This document shows, one piece after another, positions 42,001 through 55,465 of a stretch of 64,000 bases of DNA (the stretch's first letter is position 1; the number at the start of each line of letters is the position of its first letter). A program made the translations under genes and the position numbers. Origin of the DNA: Zygnema circumcarinatum SAG 698-1b (taxonomy: Eukaryota; Plantae; Zygnematophyceae); NCBI GenBank assembly GCA_037447605.1, contig CM074809.1:3400689-3464688 (forward strand), written 5' to 3'. The notes under the pieces were generated by a model that had not been told where the DNA came from, made no database searches, and worked only from the letters and a program-made list of their open reading frames with translations.

Positions 42001-43369
42001 ATGTCCGATGTGGAGATTTTAGATTGCTTCAAGAATGAGAGGAGGATCCCTAACATACGCAGAGAGGGGGGAGCGGCATCTTCATCGGAGGGCCCGTCTT
42101 TGGGGGTGCCTCCGTCAGACATGGGAGAGCATTTTGGAGTACTTTTAGAGACGGGATTTGGGTCGGATGTGGTGGTGGAAGTGGAGGGAGAAGCGTTTGG
42201 AGCACACAAGTTGGTTCTGGCTGCAAGATCGCCGGTTTTTAAGGCTCAACTTGTGGGGCCTATGAGGGAACGAAATGGCGAAAAATTGCTGGTGGAGGAG
42301 ATGCAAGCGCCTGTATTTAAAGTGGGTGTTCGCTGCTTTTTGAGTCGTTTAAAGAGTTTTTTCGTGGGAATTGGGTGTGCCTGAGTCCTGGTGAATGGGT
42401 AGGGGTAGTTGCTGCATCTCACTTGAAGAACGGCCTGTCAATTGCGTCAGATTGTGAGACTATTGGGGGATATCTTGTTCACTCGTAGGGGCTACTTTGG
42501 GCGTTTATGTCTGTGTTCCTGTTTTGTATGTCTCCACTTCGAGTGCTTGTAAGGAAGATCCTGGGTGCTATGCTTTAGATAAAGGTACCTGTTTCCAATC
42601 ACTGTCAGGCTGCATCCATAGTGATTTTATACATTTCACGACAATTCCCACAGGAACTTAGGTCTTTGCTGACAACCTGTTTCGGGGCGAACGAATGACA
42701 GGCAATGCTGCATTTCATCTACAAGGATACATTACCAGATACGCCCGATTTGACAGGGTCCTCCTTAGCCTCGGCATCCACTCTTATGGCCCAACATTTG
42801 CTTGCAGCTGCGGATCGATACGCCTTAGATCGCTTGCGCCTTATGTGTGAATCCAAACTCAGCGAGGAGGTTAGTATAGACACAGTGGGAACAACCCTTG
42901 CTCTGGCTGAGCAGCATCACGCCGATCAATTGAAGAGAGTTTGTTTGAAGTTTGCTGCAGCCAATTTGAAAGGTAATGCTCTCAAATCTCGAGTCTGCCT
43001 TCAGACTCCAAAGGCTGAGCGAAAAATTAAAGAAAACATGCTTCCTTTTTCCCTGACATAAAAAAAAGTTTCTATTGCTTACTGCAGACATTCAACGTCG
43101 ATTGATTGTGTCTGCGTTTCCCCCGTTGTCCTCACCAGGCTGTGCTTGTTGTGTTCGCGTGTGCAGCGGTGATGGACACGGAGGGGTTCGAGTATTTGAG
43201 AGAAAGCTGCCCCTCGTTGCAGGCGGAGCTGCTGAGGACTGTGGCGGGCGTTGGGACCAGCAGCGCGGGCAGCGAGGAGGGGCAGCCCCCCCGGGGACGC
43301 GCCTCGGTCTGGAGCCAACACGCAGACGGAGCCGACGGCAACAACCGGAGGGTGCGGCAGCGCATGTGA
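42001..43369 (+). CDS. BTB/POZ-BACK protein of BPM/SPOP type with no detectable MATH domain, 3 exons
   Basis: [47 protein letters not shown]|[48 protein letters not shown]|[43 protein letters not shown]. Exons are 42001-42321, 42702-42972 and 43167-43369. Confidence 0.9.
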
Positions 43370-44179
43370 GAGAAGGGAGCACGGGGACCGACCCTCCTCT
43401 CCACTGGGTCAGTTTGTACAGACGAAACGGAAAGGGGAAAAGCTGAGGACGAGAATTGAAGCAGCAACAGCGCATCTGTGGGTGCTCGCTGAGATGAGCA
43501 AAAAGCAAAAAGTCTGGTTGCACCCACCAACGTTTTTATGCGCTAACATCACTTTTATTTTTTTACCATATAGCGTGAATTTCATATGGCGGCACTTTTT
43601 TGTTTTGCCAACATTGGGGAAGGAGCGAAAGTAAAAGAATAGAAAGTAGCATTGACCTCACGATGGCGAGGCCATCAAATGTACATAAACCAGCATCGCC
43701 AGCATGGGGAACCACAAGGAACTTGTCGCAAAGGACCTAAGCACAAAGTAAGAGGCGTACAATGTGCGAGCCACGTTCCCATACATAGAGAGACACGTGT
43801 GCCGTTCTTAAGCACTAAGGCTGCCCAGCTGGCGAGAAATGCTACATAGAACACACTATCCCAAACAACTGTGACATTACGCCACAAGCTCGCCTTAAGT
43901 TCTTATGTTATTGTCAACATTAGTGACACACTTTCAGATTTAGATTCATGTCTAGATTCGCCAGAAACGTTATCAAACATCTGGTCTGTACGATTATTCC
44001 AAAAAATTGAAGACCTCAAATCAGTCACGATAACAAAAGAAAACATTTCCTGCAATTCTCCTCTACAAGAAATGGGTCATGTGCCTTTCCCTCCCAAAAA
44101 CAGCAACAATTCAGCAGCAGCAATTCCGTGCTCATTTATACACATTAATGCAAAAATTAACGTCAGCCTCCACGCAGGT

Positions 44180-44374
44180 TCACTCCACCTGCACATATTC
44201 AGTTGCCTGGTACGGACGCAAGTGGCTCTGTTCCAAGTACTCTGGAAGCTTCAGTTGTGGGAGGAGGAAGGGCGGCCTGGAGCCTTTCCTGCTTGCGTAC
44301 CAGAGAGCCACTCCGCATATAACACCCATCCCCAGTACGAGGTACAGCTTGTGGCGCTGAGAGGATGCCACCAT
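44180..44374 (-). CDS. Possible small single-pass membrane protein (64 aa), or the first exon of an unresolved gene
   Basis: MVASSQRHKLYLVLGMGVICGVALWYASRKGSRPPF.. is a hydrophobic span followed by basic residues. An upstream acceptor-like GAAGCAG suggests a 5' UTR intron. I recognise no family. Confidence 0.35.
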   Translation of the reverse strand: MVASSQRHKLYLVLGMGVICGVALWYASRKGSRPPFLLPQLKLPEYLEQSHLRPYQATEYVQVE

Positions 44375-45754
44375 GGACTGCCAGGTGCCTGCTTCGCTCA
44401 CAACAACACGTTCAAGGAATTTAGGGTTTCGAATTTGACATCCTCAGGGTTGGCATCACTACAGTTGGTAGGATGGAGGTGAGGTTGATTAGGTGAATTA
44501 GGTGCTTAAAGACTTTGAATTCGGCTTAACCTCGTTGGCTTTCGCTTGCTTCACGACCCTTAAGATTTTGAAATCTCTTGAGATTTTTCTGAGCTTGTGA
44601 GGTGTTTCTGATTTTGAAGGTTCCAACAGAAATCGGAGTGAAAGGACTAGTTTTTTTCTTGATACGATGTACATAGTGAGATGACGGGGATCTTATGACT
44701 GGAATTGATTCCGGGGTAGCGCTCCCTCTTCTTGATTCTCTTGCTGATAAAAAATTTCATTGGAAAAAAGGACTGAAAAGTGGACAGAAACGTACGTGAT
44801 CTTCGTGCTCGGCGAGCTATCACTTCAATCTCCTCTGCCCCGAGAAGCTGCCCCACTGGGAATCCTGAATTTGAAAAAAGCACGTTCAGTCCTGTTCTAT
44901 GCATTACTCCGACCTTTCCTGAACCATCTCAAGACTACAACACCTCAAACTTTATGCAAGCCGCGCGCAGTGGGTTCAATTTCTCGTCATGAAGGTCAGG
45001 ATAACTTAGAGCCAGGAAAATCTCATGTTTCTTGTCAGGAGAAGGAGAATCCACGAAAGGATGCATGGTAGGATTTTTAGTGGTCTAGTACAAATACAGC
45101 AAGGCTGAAACAGTATGATAGCAAAAGTACAATAGGAGTATAATATGTAGGGAAAGTATGGTAGCAAACGAACAAGAGGAGCATAATAAGTAGGGCAAGA
45201 AGTACCTCTGTGAATGTCGGGAGAGTGTCTAGGACAACATCGAACCACGGCCAACCTTGGGCTCCAATCTCGAAGGCTACGCGCTAAAAGCAGCATCAAA
45301 TCCTCAGATATTTCGCCGCCACACACTGAGTTCACAAGCAATGCCTCCGCCCACAAGCTTATATCACTAAGACTTGAAAACGAAAGCACGGACAACATCG
45401 GTCTCCGGCTACGCTAGTCCTTCAAAAAAAACTCAGTAAAGTGCGATAACTGCTCAATCTAGCCTACAATTTTACCTAATGTAACAGCTGATTTCAAATT
45501 TCAAAGTAACTCTCAAGCCTTTCACAGATACATAATAAAATATAGACTTGCAGTAACGATTTTAAACTCTCTACAAGGAAAAGGCAAGGATCACTTCATT
45601 CAGTAATTAGATCCTCTTGCCGTCTCTGTTTATGTTGCTACTCTCTAAGTTATTTGGACAGGCCATTTAGTTGATATGCTGCAGAAAGTACCGTAACTAG
45701 ACCAATTCGTGGGGCTTTCGCATTCCAGGATTGTTGGCGTTAGAAGCTACTCAC

Positions 45755-48700
45755 AAGTGAGTGTGAGGCAGTCAAGTGCAGGGCTGCACTGAAGAGCCTG
45801 CATAAGCACTTGGCCTACTTGAAGGTTGTCGGCTCTAACTGGCCCCGCAGGCAGTCATCTCAACACGTAATGTCAGAGTATTCAAAACCGCAGACAATAC
45901 GAACGCTGCTAATTTGCTGCACCGAGGCATCTTTCCGTCCACTATAACCTTCAGCACAGCACCTTATTCCAGATCAAACTCCTGCTTTTCGTACTTCTAA
46001 TCATGTGAGGGTGAGTGAGCGCGAACGGAGGGAAGCAGGGGGGGGGGGGAGGGAAGGAGAGGGAGAAGAGAGATGGAACTTCTTACCTTCAACTTTGAGA
46101 GACGTTAAGATGCGATTGGTCCTCAGTGCCTCCACAAAAGCTAAGGCACCATTCACTCCGATATTGTTACAGTCTGCAACAGACTCGGCAGGAAGGCATC
46201 AAAACGCCAACCTTAAAGTCCTATCAATAATGTAGCCATAGGCCCCTCTCACAGATATGTTCCAAATCCTCCTAACTGCATGGCTAGCTTGAGTTACGGA
46301 TGAAAAGGAAAACTTAAAAGGAGGGGGAAAGAAATGGTAAAACAACACAAAATTAGAGAATATGGAAAAAAAAAAAGGGGAACACTGTTCTGTTGACTCG
46401 TTGTTACAACAACCATGAGTTGTGCTAAAATACAACTAACTTTACAAAAAAACTAAAAAAAAGCAACAAAAACTTCAACACCCTACACAACTGCACACTC
46501 TGTAAGGTTGTGTGTTCCTGTGTAGCTGCAAACTCACGCACGATGGGCATGCAGAGTTTTGAGAGCAGTATTTGACCGCAAAGCGTTAGCCAAATTAATC
46601 GCGCCTTCTACGCCCATTTCATTGCCTGCAAAACACTTGCATTCCAGTTCAAGAGTAAAATAGGGCGCGAAGGGGGTAAAGGAAAAGAGCAGTTGAAATG
46701 GGGGAGGAGAAGGGGGGGGGGTGGGGGTGGCGAACGAGTGAAAAGAGGTCGAGAGAAGGAGAGAGAGGTGTAGAGAGGGGTCAGACCTTTCAGATCCAAT
46801 TTCCGAAGGCTCGTGTTATTCACCAAGACTTTTGCCAAACGTGTAACGCCCGGAGTCCTCAGCCAATTGGCTGCAATACCACAAGTTCAGATTCATCCTG
46901 CTCAGCTAGAGGAGGAAAGGACAGGATGTACGCCTCCACGAACAAAATTCATGCGGTGCTGTACACTCGTGAAACAGAGCAACGACATAAGACAAACCAA
47001 TGTGTAGAACGATCGTACTGGAAACTCATGGACAACTCCCTCAAATACCGGACACTCTCAATTGCATTTCCAGCTCGACGGAAGAGCCTCGTAGGAGAGA
47101 ATCGTTCATGCACTTATTTTCTTGAATGGGTCATTGGAAAAGGCTCCTTACTCTCGGCTTAACTCAGATGAAAAGATAAGAGAGGCAAAACCACTCACAG
47201 CCCAAGTCCAAATCGGTGAGCGAAGAAGTGGTGGCCAGGAGCTCCTCCAAGTGGGGAGCAGCAGCCTCCGTGAGGTCATTGTCTGTTTCCACATGCTTAG
47301 ACTGCCTTCCTCAGAGTAGACAAAAAGAAATTGCTGGACGAGAATATGGCTCCAAAAGAACCAGCATAGTCTGTGAAAAGTGATTTCAAATGAAAAGGGA
47401 GAGAAGGGACAGGCAAAAGGGAGAGACGAGAGGCGGAGAGAGAACAGGAGATGAGGGAAACGAGGAGAGATGAGGGGTGAGTGGAGTGGCGGAATGCGAG
47501 CGGCGATAGGAAAGGAGAAAGAATATTGACTTGGCATTTGCTTAACAATCTCCCAAAGAAAAAGAAGACATCCCCTTACATGCGAGGTTGAGCTGCGTGA
47601 GATGGCGAGAAGCCTTCAAAGCGACCTGAAGGAGTCCAAAATTATCATTGCCCATGAAGCAAGCTGCAGGCGACATGCTCATCATGAGTGACCCGTTCCA
47701 AAAATGTCCTCATTCTTTACTAATGATCGAAGAGCACCCGAGAGCCCCTCTTACTAATGAGCAGAACAAGATTGTGCATCAAATCTGGCTGCGAAGTAGT
47801 TTGTCCATTCCTTATATTATAGTGACATTAATCGTAGATGTGAGATATTCAAAGGCTAGGAAATCATAACATACAATCAAGGCAGAGTGCCTTTAGGTAG
47901 CATGTGGGACTCAACAAAAGCTGCGTCAATGCTGAGAAGCCTTGCCAGCCTAGCTCATCGTTACCTGCAAAGAAGCACAGCCATAGCCTTAGTTGCACAA
48001 GATAGGGTGTGCGCCAAAAAACACATTTCAATCTCAAATCTTGCATAGCGGAAAATTGTCCAAGAAACTGAAAAAAGCGGGCTGTGAGGGCTCTTACTTT
48101 AGGAATACAGCAATTTCTAGGCATAAAACTAAGAGAGAGACAGCAGTGACAGAGACAGAGAGGGAGAAAGTGAGAGGAACGGGGTATGAGAGAAGGAGAG
48201 ACAAATGACAGGAAAAAGTACATACAGGAGGAAAAAAAGCGCGAGAGGACACAAAGTAGGAATAGAAACTGGAAAGAACGTTTGTGTACCTCCGAGTCCT
48301 AAACATGAAAGGAGAGTGTTTTCTGCTAGAGCTCCTTCCAGTAGTATCATATGTTCATCCTGCAAGCCGCAATCTAAAAAAAAAAAAAAAAATGCACGAT
48401 CTTGTCAATAGTTCCATGTGAGAAACTCAAATGTATTCCACGAGTTCAAAGGAGCGAGACGATTTTAGTGCTACACTTCCACATAGATTATTTTGGAAGA
48501 GTTCCAAAGCTGGTTGCATTCACTACTGTTGGGAAGCACGCGCGAAGGAGTTCACTTACATGTGAGACGAAGTGTGGAGATAGATCGATTTTCGCTCAGG
48601 CCTGACGTCAAAAGGCTCATCTCATCCAAGCTCAGATCTCGACCTACACACCTCCCAGCATCAACACGTTTTTAAACACTTTCCTCGCTTGGGTTGAAGA

Positions 48701-50535
48701 ATTACACGTCTGGCTTCATAAAGCCCCCTCGAATCCCCTGTAGCAGCATCTTACATTTCGCAATTGCGAATACAATATAGTGCGATAGAAATGCAAAAAC
48801 TCCCAAGACTAAAAACGGGAGGGGAACGAGAAGGTGGGGGAGAACGAAATAGAACGATAGAAATGTGAGGTGTAGAAGTGCGAAGTGTAGCTACCAATGA
48901 CACAAAGCTCATGCAGGCACACGTAGCGGAAGTCAGGTGGACTCCGCCTCAGCAAACGTGTGACGATATCCAAGTCCGCCGGTGCTGGTACAAGAAGTTC
49001 TGCGTCTGCCTGATAAATCATAATGAAACCAGTAGCGCATAGACTTAGAATTTCAGATTCATGCCAAGGTATTTGGCAACGTCTTCGTCGTGTGCAAGAA
49101 CTCGACGGAATCTTGAGAAGAAGACACTGTTATAACTACGGTATTCATTGCCTGAGGCATGCTGCCGAGTCCCCGAGATCACTGGCATGCACTGGTTGAC
49201 GAACAGTAAAGTTCCAAACTGACCACAACAAAAAGGTCTGGATGCAGCTCCACGAAGTTGCGTGTGCCAAAGCGCTTGCAAGCAACTGCCACAAGTTCCT
49301 GCAAGTCAGGACTCATGCGCACGACTGCCATAATCATTTCAACCTGCAAAGCAAAGGGGCACAACCAAGAACCATTACTAAATTCGGCAAAGGAAGTATC
49401 TTCGTGCTGCTTGATAGGAATATAAGAAGCAGCAGCATGCAAAACTATCTAGAAATCCATCTTTCCTTTCCATAAACTTCCCTTCAGAGCGTCCGTTACC
49501 CCCAAAACTTGCAGGAATCATGCCAAACGGATCTCCAAACATACCGAAAGGCTGGTGCAGCCAGACACAACGAGACTCTTGACTTGGAATCCGAATTTGC
49601 CAAACGCGCGAGCCTGCCCTGACTTCTTCCATTCTCGAAGAACAGCCTCCATTTCTTCACATCTGCCAGTTGTCTCCCATGTCCGTAGAGAAAGCTGGCA
49701 CACAAAAAATACTCTCTTGTTGGTTGCAGTTGTCGGTTGCATACAACTGCTAACAAGGTGAATTAACAAAAATTACTTCATTCAGGATCGAAAAAAAAAG
49801 ACAAGTACTAACAAATGCATGCAAACGCACGTCAAGAAGAATATCATCTGTGATTCGCTCTCCTCGTCCTTTCACCGACGACAGGTCAATTCTCTCCCAA
49901 AATGAAGACTGTCGAAGAAGTTGCTGCCAGCCTCGACAGACTTGTTCACATCGGAGCCGTTCGTCTACAGGAATGCGGGAGAAAATTGCAACAACAATGT
50001 CGACTGGCAATGCTCCCAGAGCAGGTACAGCCTGAGCAGGAGGAAGCAGCGCTGTGAGCAAGACAAAATACAAGATCAAACATGTGTATCATCACATCAC
50101 TCACCCCGAAAGAGATGCCAGCGAGACAGAATATGCTCACATCTGAAAACCTTTCCTGTGTGAATAGGTCACAACTTAGAACAGAACCAACATTCACCTC
50201 AGCAAGGCAACAAATGATAACATACGCTCAAGGCCCCTGATTTGCTCTAGCGTGTACAGCTGTATGCATATTTAAAAGCAATTTGCAAAATCTGACATCA
50301 AATTATGCAAAAGAAAGATAAAATTAAATATTTTCACCTCATGCTGCACTCTCCGACTGGAGAATCTGATGGCTGCTTCAGCTCTAGCTAACTCAAGCCT
50401 CCAAAGCTCCACTTTAATCTGCCCTGTGATACATTTTTCGTTGGATTTCTTGTACTCTGCTTCCTTCTGAGAGAGGTTAATCACTGCTTCCTTAAAGCGG
50501 ATCTTTGCAATCTGCAAGTCTCTCACAGCTGCCAT
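45755..50535 (-). CDS. F-box protein with C-terminal RI/NLRC3-like 28-residue leucine-rich repeats (both ends uncertain)
   Basis: F-box LGALPVDIVVAIFSRIPVDERLRCEQVCRGWQQLL at about 49900-50020. Nine phase-1 exons of 84-90 nt each encode one repeat, e.g. NWLRTPGVTRLAKVLVNNTSLRKLDL and NEMGVEGAINLANALRSNTALKTL. The terminal exon and the true start are not resolved. Confidence 0.8.
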
Positions 50536-51114
50536 TGCTTGCGCAAGATGCAAACTTTTGTAACCAGCTCAATATTGTGCGGTTTCACGATTCATCGCTT
50601 CGCCTCCTCACATCCATCACACTTATCCTTCATCAGTGCAATACTTGCCATTGAATATGGCGTCCATATCCATATCCATTTCCCATGAATGGCCCAATCG
50701 CCAGCTAAGCTTCTCCTCCATCCTTTCCTGCAACCTGCAAGGAGCCAGCCACCAAGCAACTTTCAGTATCCTACGTGGCAGCCGACGTGGCATTACCTGC
50801 CATCCAGCTCCGTGGAACAATAACTGAGAAGCGGACGATCTATGTGAGTCCAGTTCATTAAGTGACATCATTTACGGTTTTAATGACGTAATAATCAGTC
50901 GGAAGGCGTCTTCTTCCGTTACGGACGTTACCTGTTTTTGAGGTTCCCTTGCTTCCTTCCCTTCCTGCAGAAACGGCTCCAAGCTCTGAACTTGTGCAGG
51001 AGGATTTTCTGTGCAGGGGAGCGAGCTCACAGCGACATCTATCTTGAAGCTGTCAATAGCTGCTCACCATATGCAGGTCAACAGTGTTATCAACAGGTCG
51101 ATACACTCGGGGGA

Positions 51115-54100
51115 ATGGCTTTTGTTGCGCAATCTAGACTGCAGGTTAGAGTATGCTGCGAAGCTGGATGAGGGAAGGCTGCTTTGCGGGACTGCGAGCG
51201 CTTCAGCATCTAAACGTGGACTGGCAGCGTGGAATGTAAGGGCTTCTGAATGCGAAATCATGCATTGAAGCGAGAAGCATGATGCTGGAGGCGCCGCCGC
51301 AGGGGAGGAGATTCGTTACCTGTATGTGTGTCATGCATGTATGGGCTTGCAGATTCCAAGCCATCGTGGAGGCTCGAGTGCTGCTGTGCCTTCATCAAAA
51401 CATTATCAAAGGTTGAAGCGGGCGACGGTCATCAGGCGGGCACAAGGCGATGCAGAGTCAGAAGTTGATGCGAGTGCTGTCAAGAAGGAGGCAATATCTG
51501 AGAAGAGCTCCACAGCTAATGATGAACTCCTTCTTTTCTTCTTCCAGCTCGACCTGAATACTCGCCTCCAGGTATTGGGAACGCCCGCTGAATTTGTTCC
51601 TTCTCAGTATATTGGCGTGCAGTATGATTCTCCAGGATATAGCCCGAATCTTTTTTTTTCTGTTTGAATACGTGGTAATGGATTGAAGTGAATGTGGGAT
51701 TTCATGTCGATGCACTGTGTACTGCGAAGTGAATGTTAGAGGAAGCTAACACCTTGTGGTGAGATGCTTTATTTCTTGATTGCAGAAAGCGTTAAACATG
51801 GACCAGTATGAGGCAGCTAAGCGAATTCGTGAGAAAATTGTGGAGGTATATTCCATTTTTCTCCAGATTGCTTGATACAAAGAGAAACCACAGCATCACC
51901 TTTGTTCCATCATCGCTTCTAGTTGACGGTGTCCTGTAGTGGACTTTAAGAGTCCGTGAAGCGTCCTTGCATATCAAGTTTGGCATTCATTTTTGCTGCA
52001 GGACACAGTACATGCTGTCTCGTATGTTTCCAAGAAGAGAGAAGTACCACCACGTACTTCATGTCGTGACAGCGTGTCGGTTGCCTGAAGTGCACAAAAG
52101 GAATTGACAATCGTCCATAGCAGTGTTGGTGAATTGGTTTTGAGGGCATGCTGATCTTCACACAATAGTTTTACACATGTCATCCACTCTTTTGCATGCA
52201 AGCATTTTCCAACAATTGTGAGACGCATGAGACTTATTAATTCTAGACATTAGCCATTGTTTTATGCTTGATTCTCTCTTTTGTCTCTCACATGAGGGCG
52301 TGTCAATATTTGACATTTCGCTTTGGAATTTATTTGAAAATCAGTCCTTTCGGATTTTCCCTCTCTCCTTATTTTGCGGGATTCATGTACTGTTTTCGAA
52401 TTCTTTTTTTTTCTGAAATGTCCAAGATTGACACGCCCTGTTCTGTGTTCTGCCTAGAACAAGAAACTTTTTTCTTCACTTTTTCATTTCATTCAGTCAC
52501 CGTCTACAGCATATCCCTTGCATGGTACACTTAGAGAGACCCCGTTGGATTAGAACAAATATTGAACAGAGGATGTAGGAAGTCAAAACTTCATTAGCCG
52601 GGTCTTTTAGTTTCTAGTTTCGCGCTCTTTGGTGGGGCAAGCACGAGGCTATGGAGATCACTTCAGGTAGACGCACACCTCCAGGCTCAACTTAAGATTC
52701 TTTGAGTGTCTGTGCTGGTTGAAGCTGACATGCATCTGTCATGGGACGCACATACGTTGTTGTCTACAGGTTGTATGGTTCGCTGAAGCCTGGCAGCTGC
52801 TGCTGTGTCTTGAAGGTTGAGCAAGAGACGGCTCGCCTGCGGGAAATGAAAATGGGGCGCTCTTCAAAAGACGAAGCACAGGAGAAGGGCCTCGCAATGC
52901 TGCGAATCAAGTGAGTGTCGACCGCTTTACAATCCGTATGTGGAATACGAGTCAGCTGTACATGGTAGGACCTTTCGCTAATCTGTTTGCTTGCAGATGT
53001 TGTGATATTCCTATGGACTGCGTAGAGCAGGCTGCGGTTTGTGGTGTAAGGGCCTCTGTCGTGCTCTGCTGGCTTGTATTGATGGAGAGCAACTCCATCA
53101 ATTCCTCTATGGCCCTGTTAATCCTTCATGTACAGCCCTATTTAGCAAGTCTCTGAGGTTGGCAGGACTGAGCTGCAGAAGGCCATAGAGGAGGAACGTT
53201 ACGCAGACGCTGCAGCTCTTCGAGACAAAATCTCCAAGTTGGAGGTGAGGTCCTTTTCGGCATGTCACGGAAAGCCCCAGAAACATTCACTTGTTAACGA
53301 GATGTTACATTGATGTGCTAATCATATGTTCTAGTCGCATTTACTCTTTAATGTTCGACTGAGGCTGAAAGCTGGCGTTCAAGTGTTTATACAGACGGAC
53401 GCACTGGCTGCTTCATTGAAGGGGTTGGCTGCGAGTAATGCCAGATACGAGTTTCGATTGGGCCAGAAGATTCGCCACAGAGAGTTTGGTGAGAAAGTAA
53501 AGCTCTACTTGTTAATGCTTATTGTCTACTAGAGATTTTGCAATTTTACGGTGGAATTCTGCCTGACTGTTTGAAGGGCAATACAACTTCACCGGCTTCT
53601 CTCTAGTGGACTACAATTGTTCTTAAGTCATGCTATTTGTGCACAGGCTATCGAGGAGTTATCTGTGGGATGGATCCTGTCTGCTGTGAAACTGAGGAGT
53701 GGGCTGAGACGGCTCAAGTCAACCGGCTCTCAAAAGGCCGCAACCAGCCATTCTATCAGGTACAATCGACGTTTCCTTCCTCCCTGAAGCAGTGGTCAAC
53801 AATGTAAGTGTTTTCAAGCGGATGTGTTACCGCCTTGCAGTCTGGCTTGTTTGAGGTCTGTCGTTGTTAAGCCTGTGGAATGTCAGGGAAATTGAGGAAG
53901 TGGAGTTGCCCTTTGCTCATTTTTTCATTCGTTCTATCAACACGTGTCATCAACTTCTGCTAAGCCTAATGAGGATCCGTCTCTTGCCACAAATCTGTTG
54001 CTTGGGAGCAGGTTTTGTTGGATCTTAAAGAAGTGGGCAACAGTAACTTCACTATTTCTTATGGTAGACTCTCACATATTGACCCAGCATATTCGAGCGT

Positions 54101-54814
54101 TCGCTTTTTATTTGCCATCAATTGCAGCCACAATTCTCCTCTCTCCCAACCTTTTTCCCTTTCCATGTTTGCCTCTCTTCCCACGTGTTTGCCGATCCCT
54201 TTCCCTATTCATCCTTCTATTCCTCCCTGTCCCCTGGAATTCCTCTCGCCACTTCTCTCCCTCTCTCCACCTTTTTTGAATGCATGTTCCAATCTTGAAA
54301 GTGACCATACCTCTACTGAAGAGTGACGATTTTGATGATTGGGCTTGACAGTGGCAGAGGAGAACATCAGGCCGCCTGACGAGCCTGATATGGTAAGCCA
54401 GTTATTGCTTGTCCTTTCTTCTGTCAATCTTTTAGCCAACAGCTTGCTGGCAATTTTTTTAGTCATATATCGGTCATCAAGGCAACTTGCCCCTTTCAAA
54501 GGACAAGGGCTGATCTCCACCTAGCGATAACCACTGATTCTGCCCTTCTCTCTGACGGATTCATGCCAAAGGACACTTTCTCAGACAATGTGTGTGAGAG
54601 GCCTTGAAAGGGTTAACAGTGGAGCTTTGTTGCGACCCTCCTTGTATTCCAGGATGCTTTCACCCATCACTACACCTACGTGATTTTCTTCGGTATGGAC
54701 GGAAATGGAGATTTCATCCCTATAAAGCAACTTCGAGAAAAGTATAATGCTCCTCGGCATGAACTCCCATACGATGAGAATGATGACAATTCCAAGGGGG
54801 AGGAGGGTTCATGA
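51115..54814 (+). CDS. CLPF: Plastid Clp protease adaptor ClpF (UVR/uvrB-C + YccV/HspQ domains), about 10 exons
   Basis: ANDELLLFFFQLDLNTRLQ|KALNMDQYEAAKRIREKI, DEAQEKGLAMLRI.RTELQKAIEEERYADAAALRDKISKLE, YEFRLGQKIRHREFGYRGVICGMDPVCCE, GRNQPFYQVL, YVAEEN, GDFIPIKQLREKYNAPRHELPYD. TGA ends at 54814. Confidence 0.93.
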
Positions 54815-55465
54815 AGGTTGTCTTTCACTCTTTCGCTCTCTTAAAGGGCTCCTAAATGAAGTGATTGCACTGTACCTTGGCATAGATGAGTACAGTGGAA
54901 GCAGATTGGAAGGATAGGCCAACGAGGACTTCCTCATCAAGTTTAGCAGAGGTTGACGACTGACCCGACCGGTCGACCTGTTGACGACTAACAAATGTAT
55001 TTTTAGTCAATGATTGAGATATCCCTGTCACTTCAACAGCTCACTTGAGTGGGGAGGAAACTACTTGACATTTATGAAAATTAGGGCCCCATACTGCGGC
55101 CTTTCCAAATCAGTGCTACGAGCCTGATTTTGTGATATTTTTTAGCCTTCATAACTGGATTCCAAAAGCAGGAATATGGAAATTGTTGTGGGAGGAAAGA
55201 AATAATGTGTTGTAAATGAACCCAATGGTGCAGATGTGTCTAGCGAAGCGGAGTGCGCAGACATTTCCCGCTCTATTTCACATTTTTGAACCGCTTCGAT
55301 CCTGGGTAAAGCTCATAAGCCTCGATGTGGCTCAAGTTAAGTTTTGCTCTAGTGTCTGTTCCTTCCACTTCATCGAGAACCTCTTGCACTTAGAGAGAGA
55401 GAGAGAGAGGGAGGGAGAAGGAGAGGCAAGTGGAAGAGATGTGGCAGTCATTGTTCCACGACGGC

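Noticed and set aside
51974-52228. 84-aa antisense ORF in a long ClpF intron
   Set aside because: The length is within chance expectation, with no recognisable motif or splice support.
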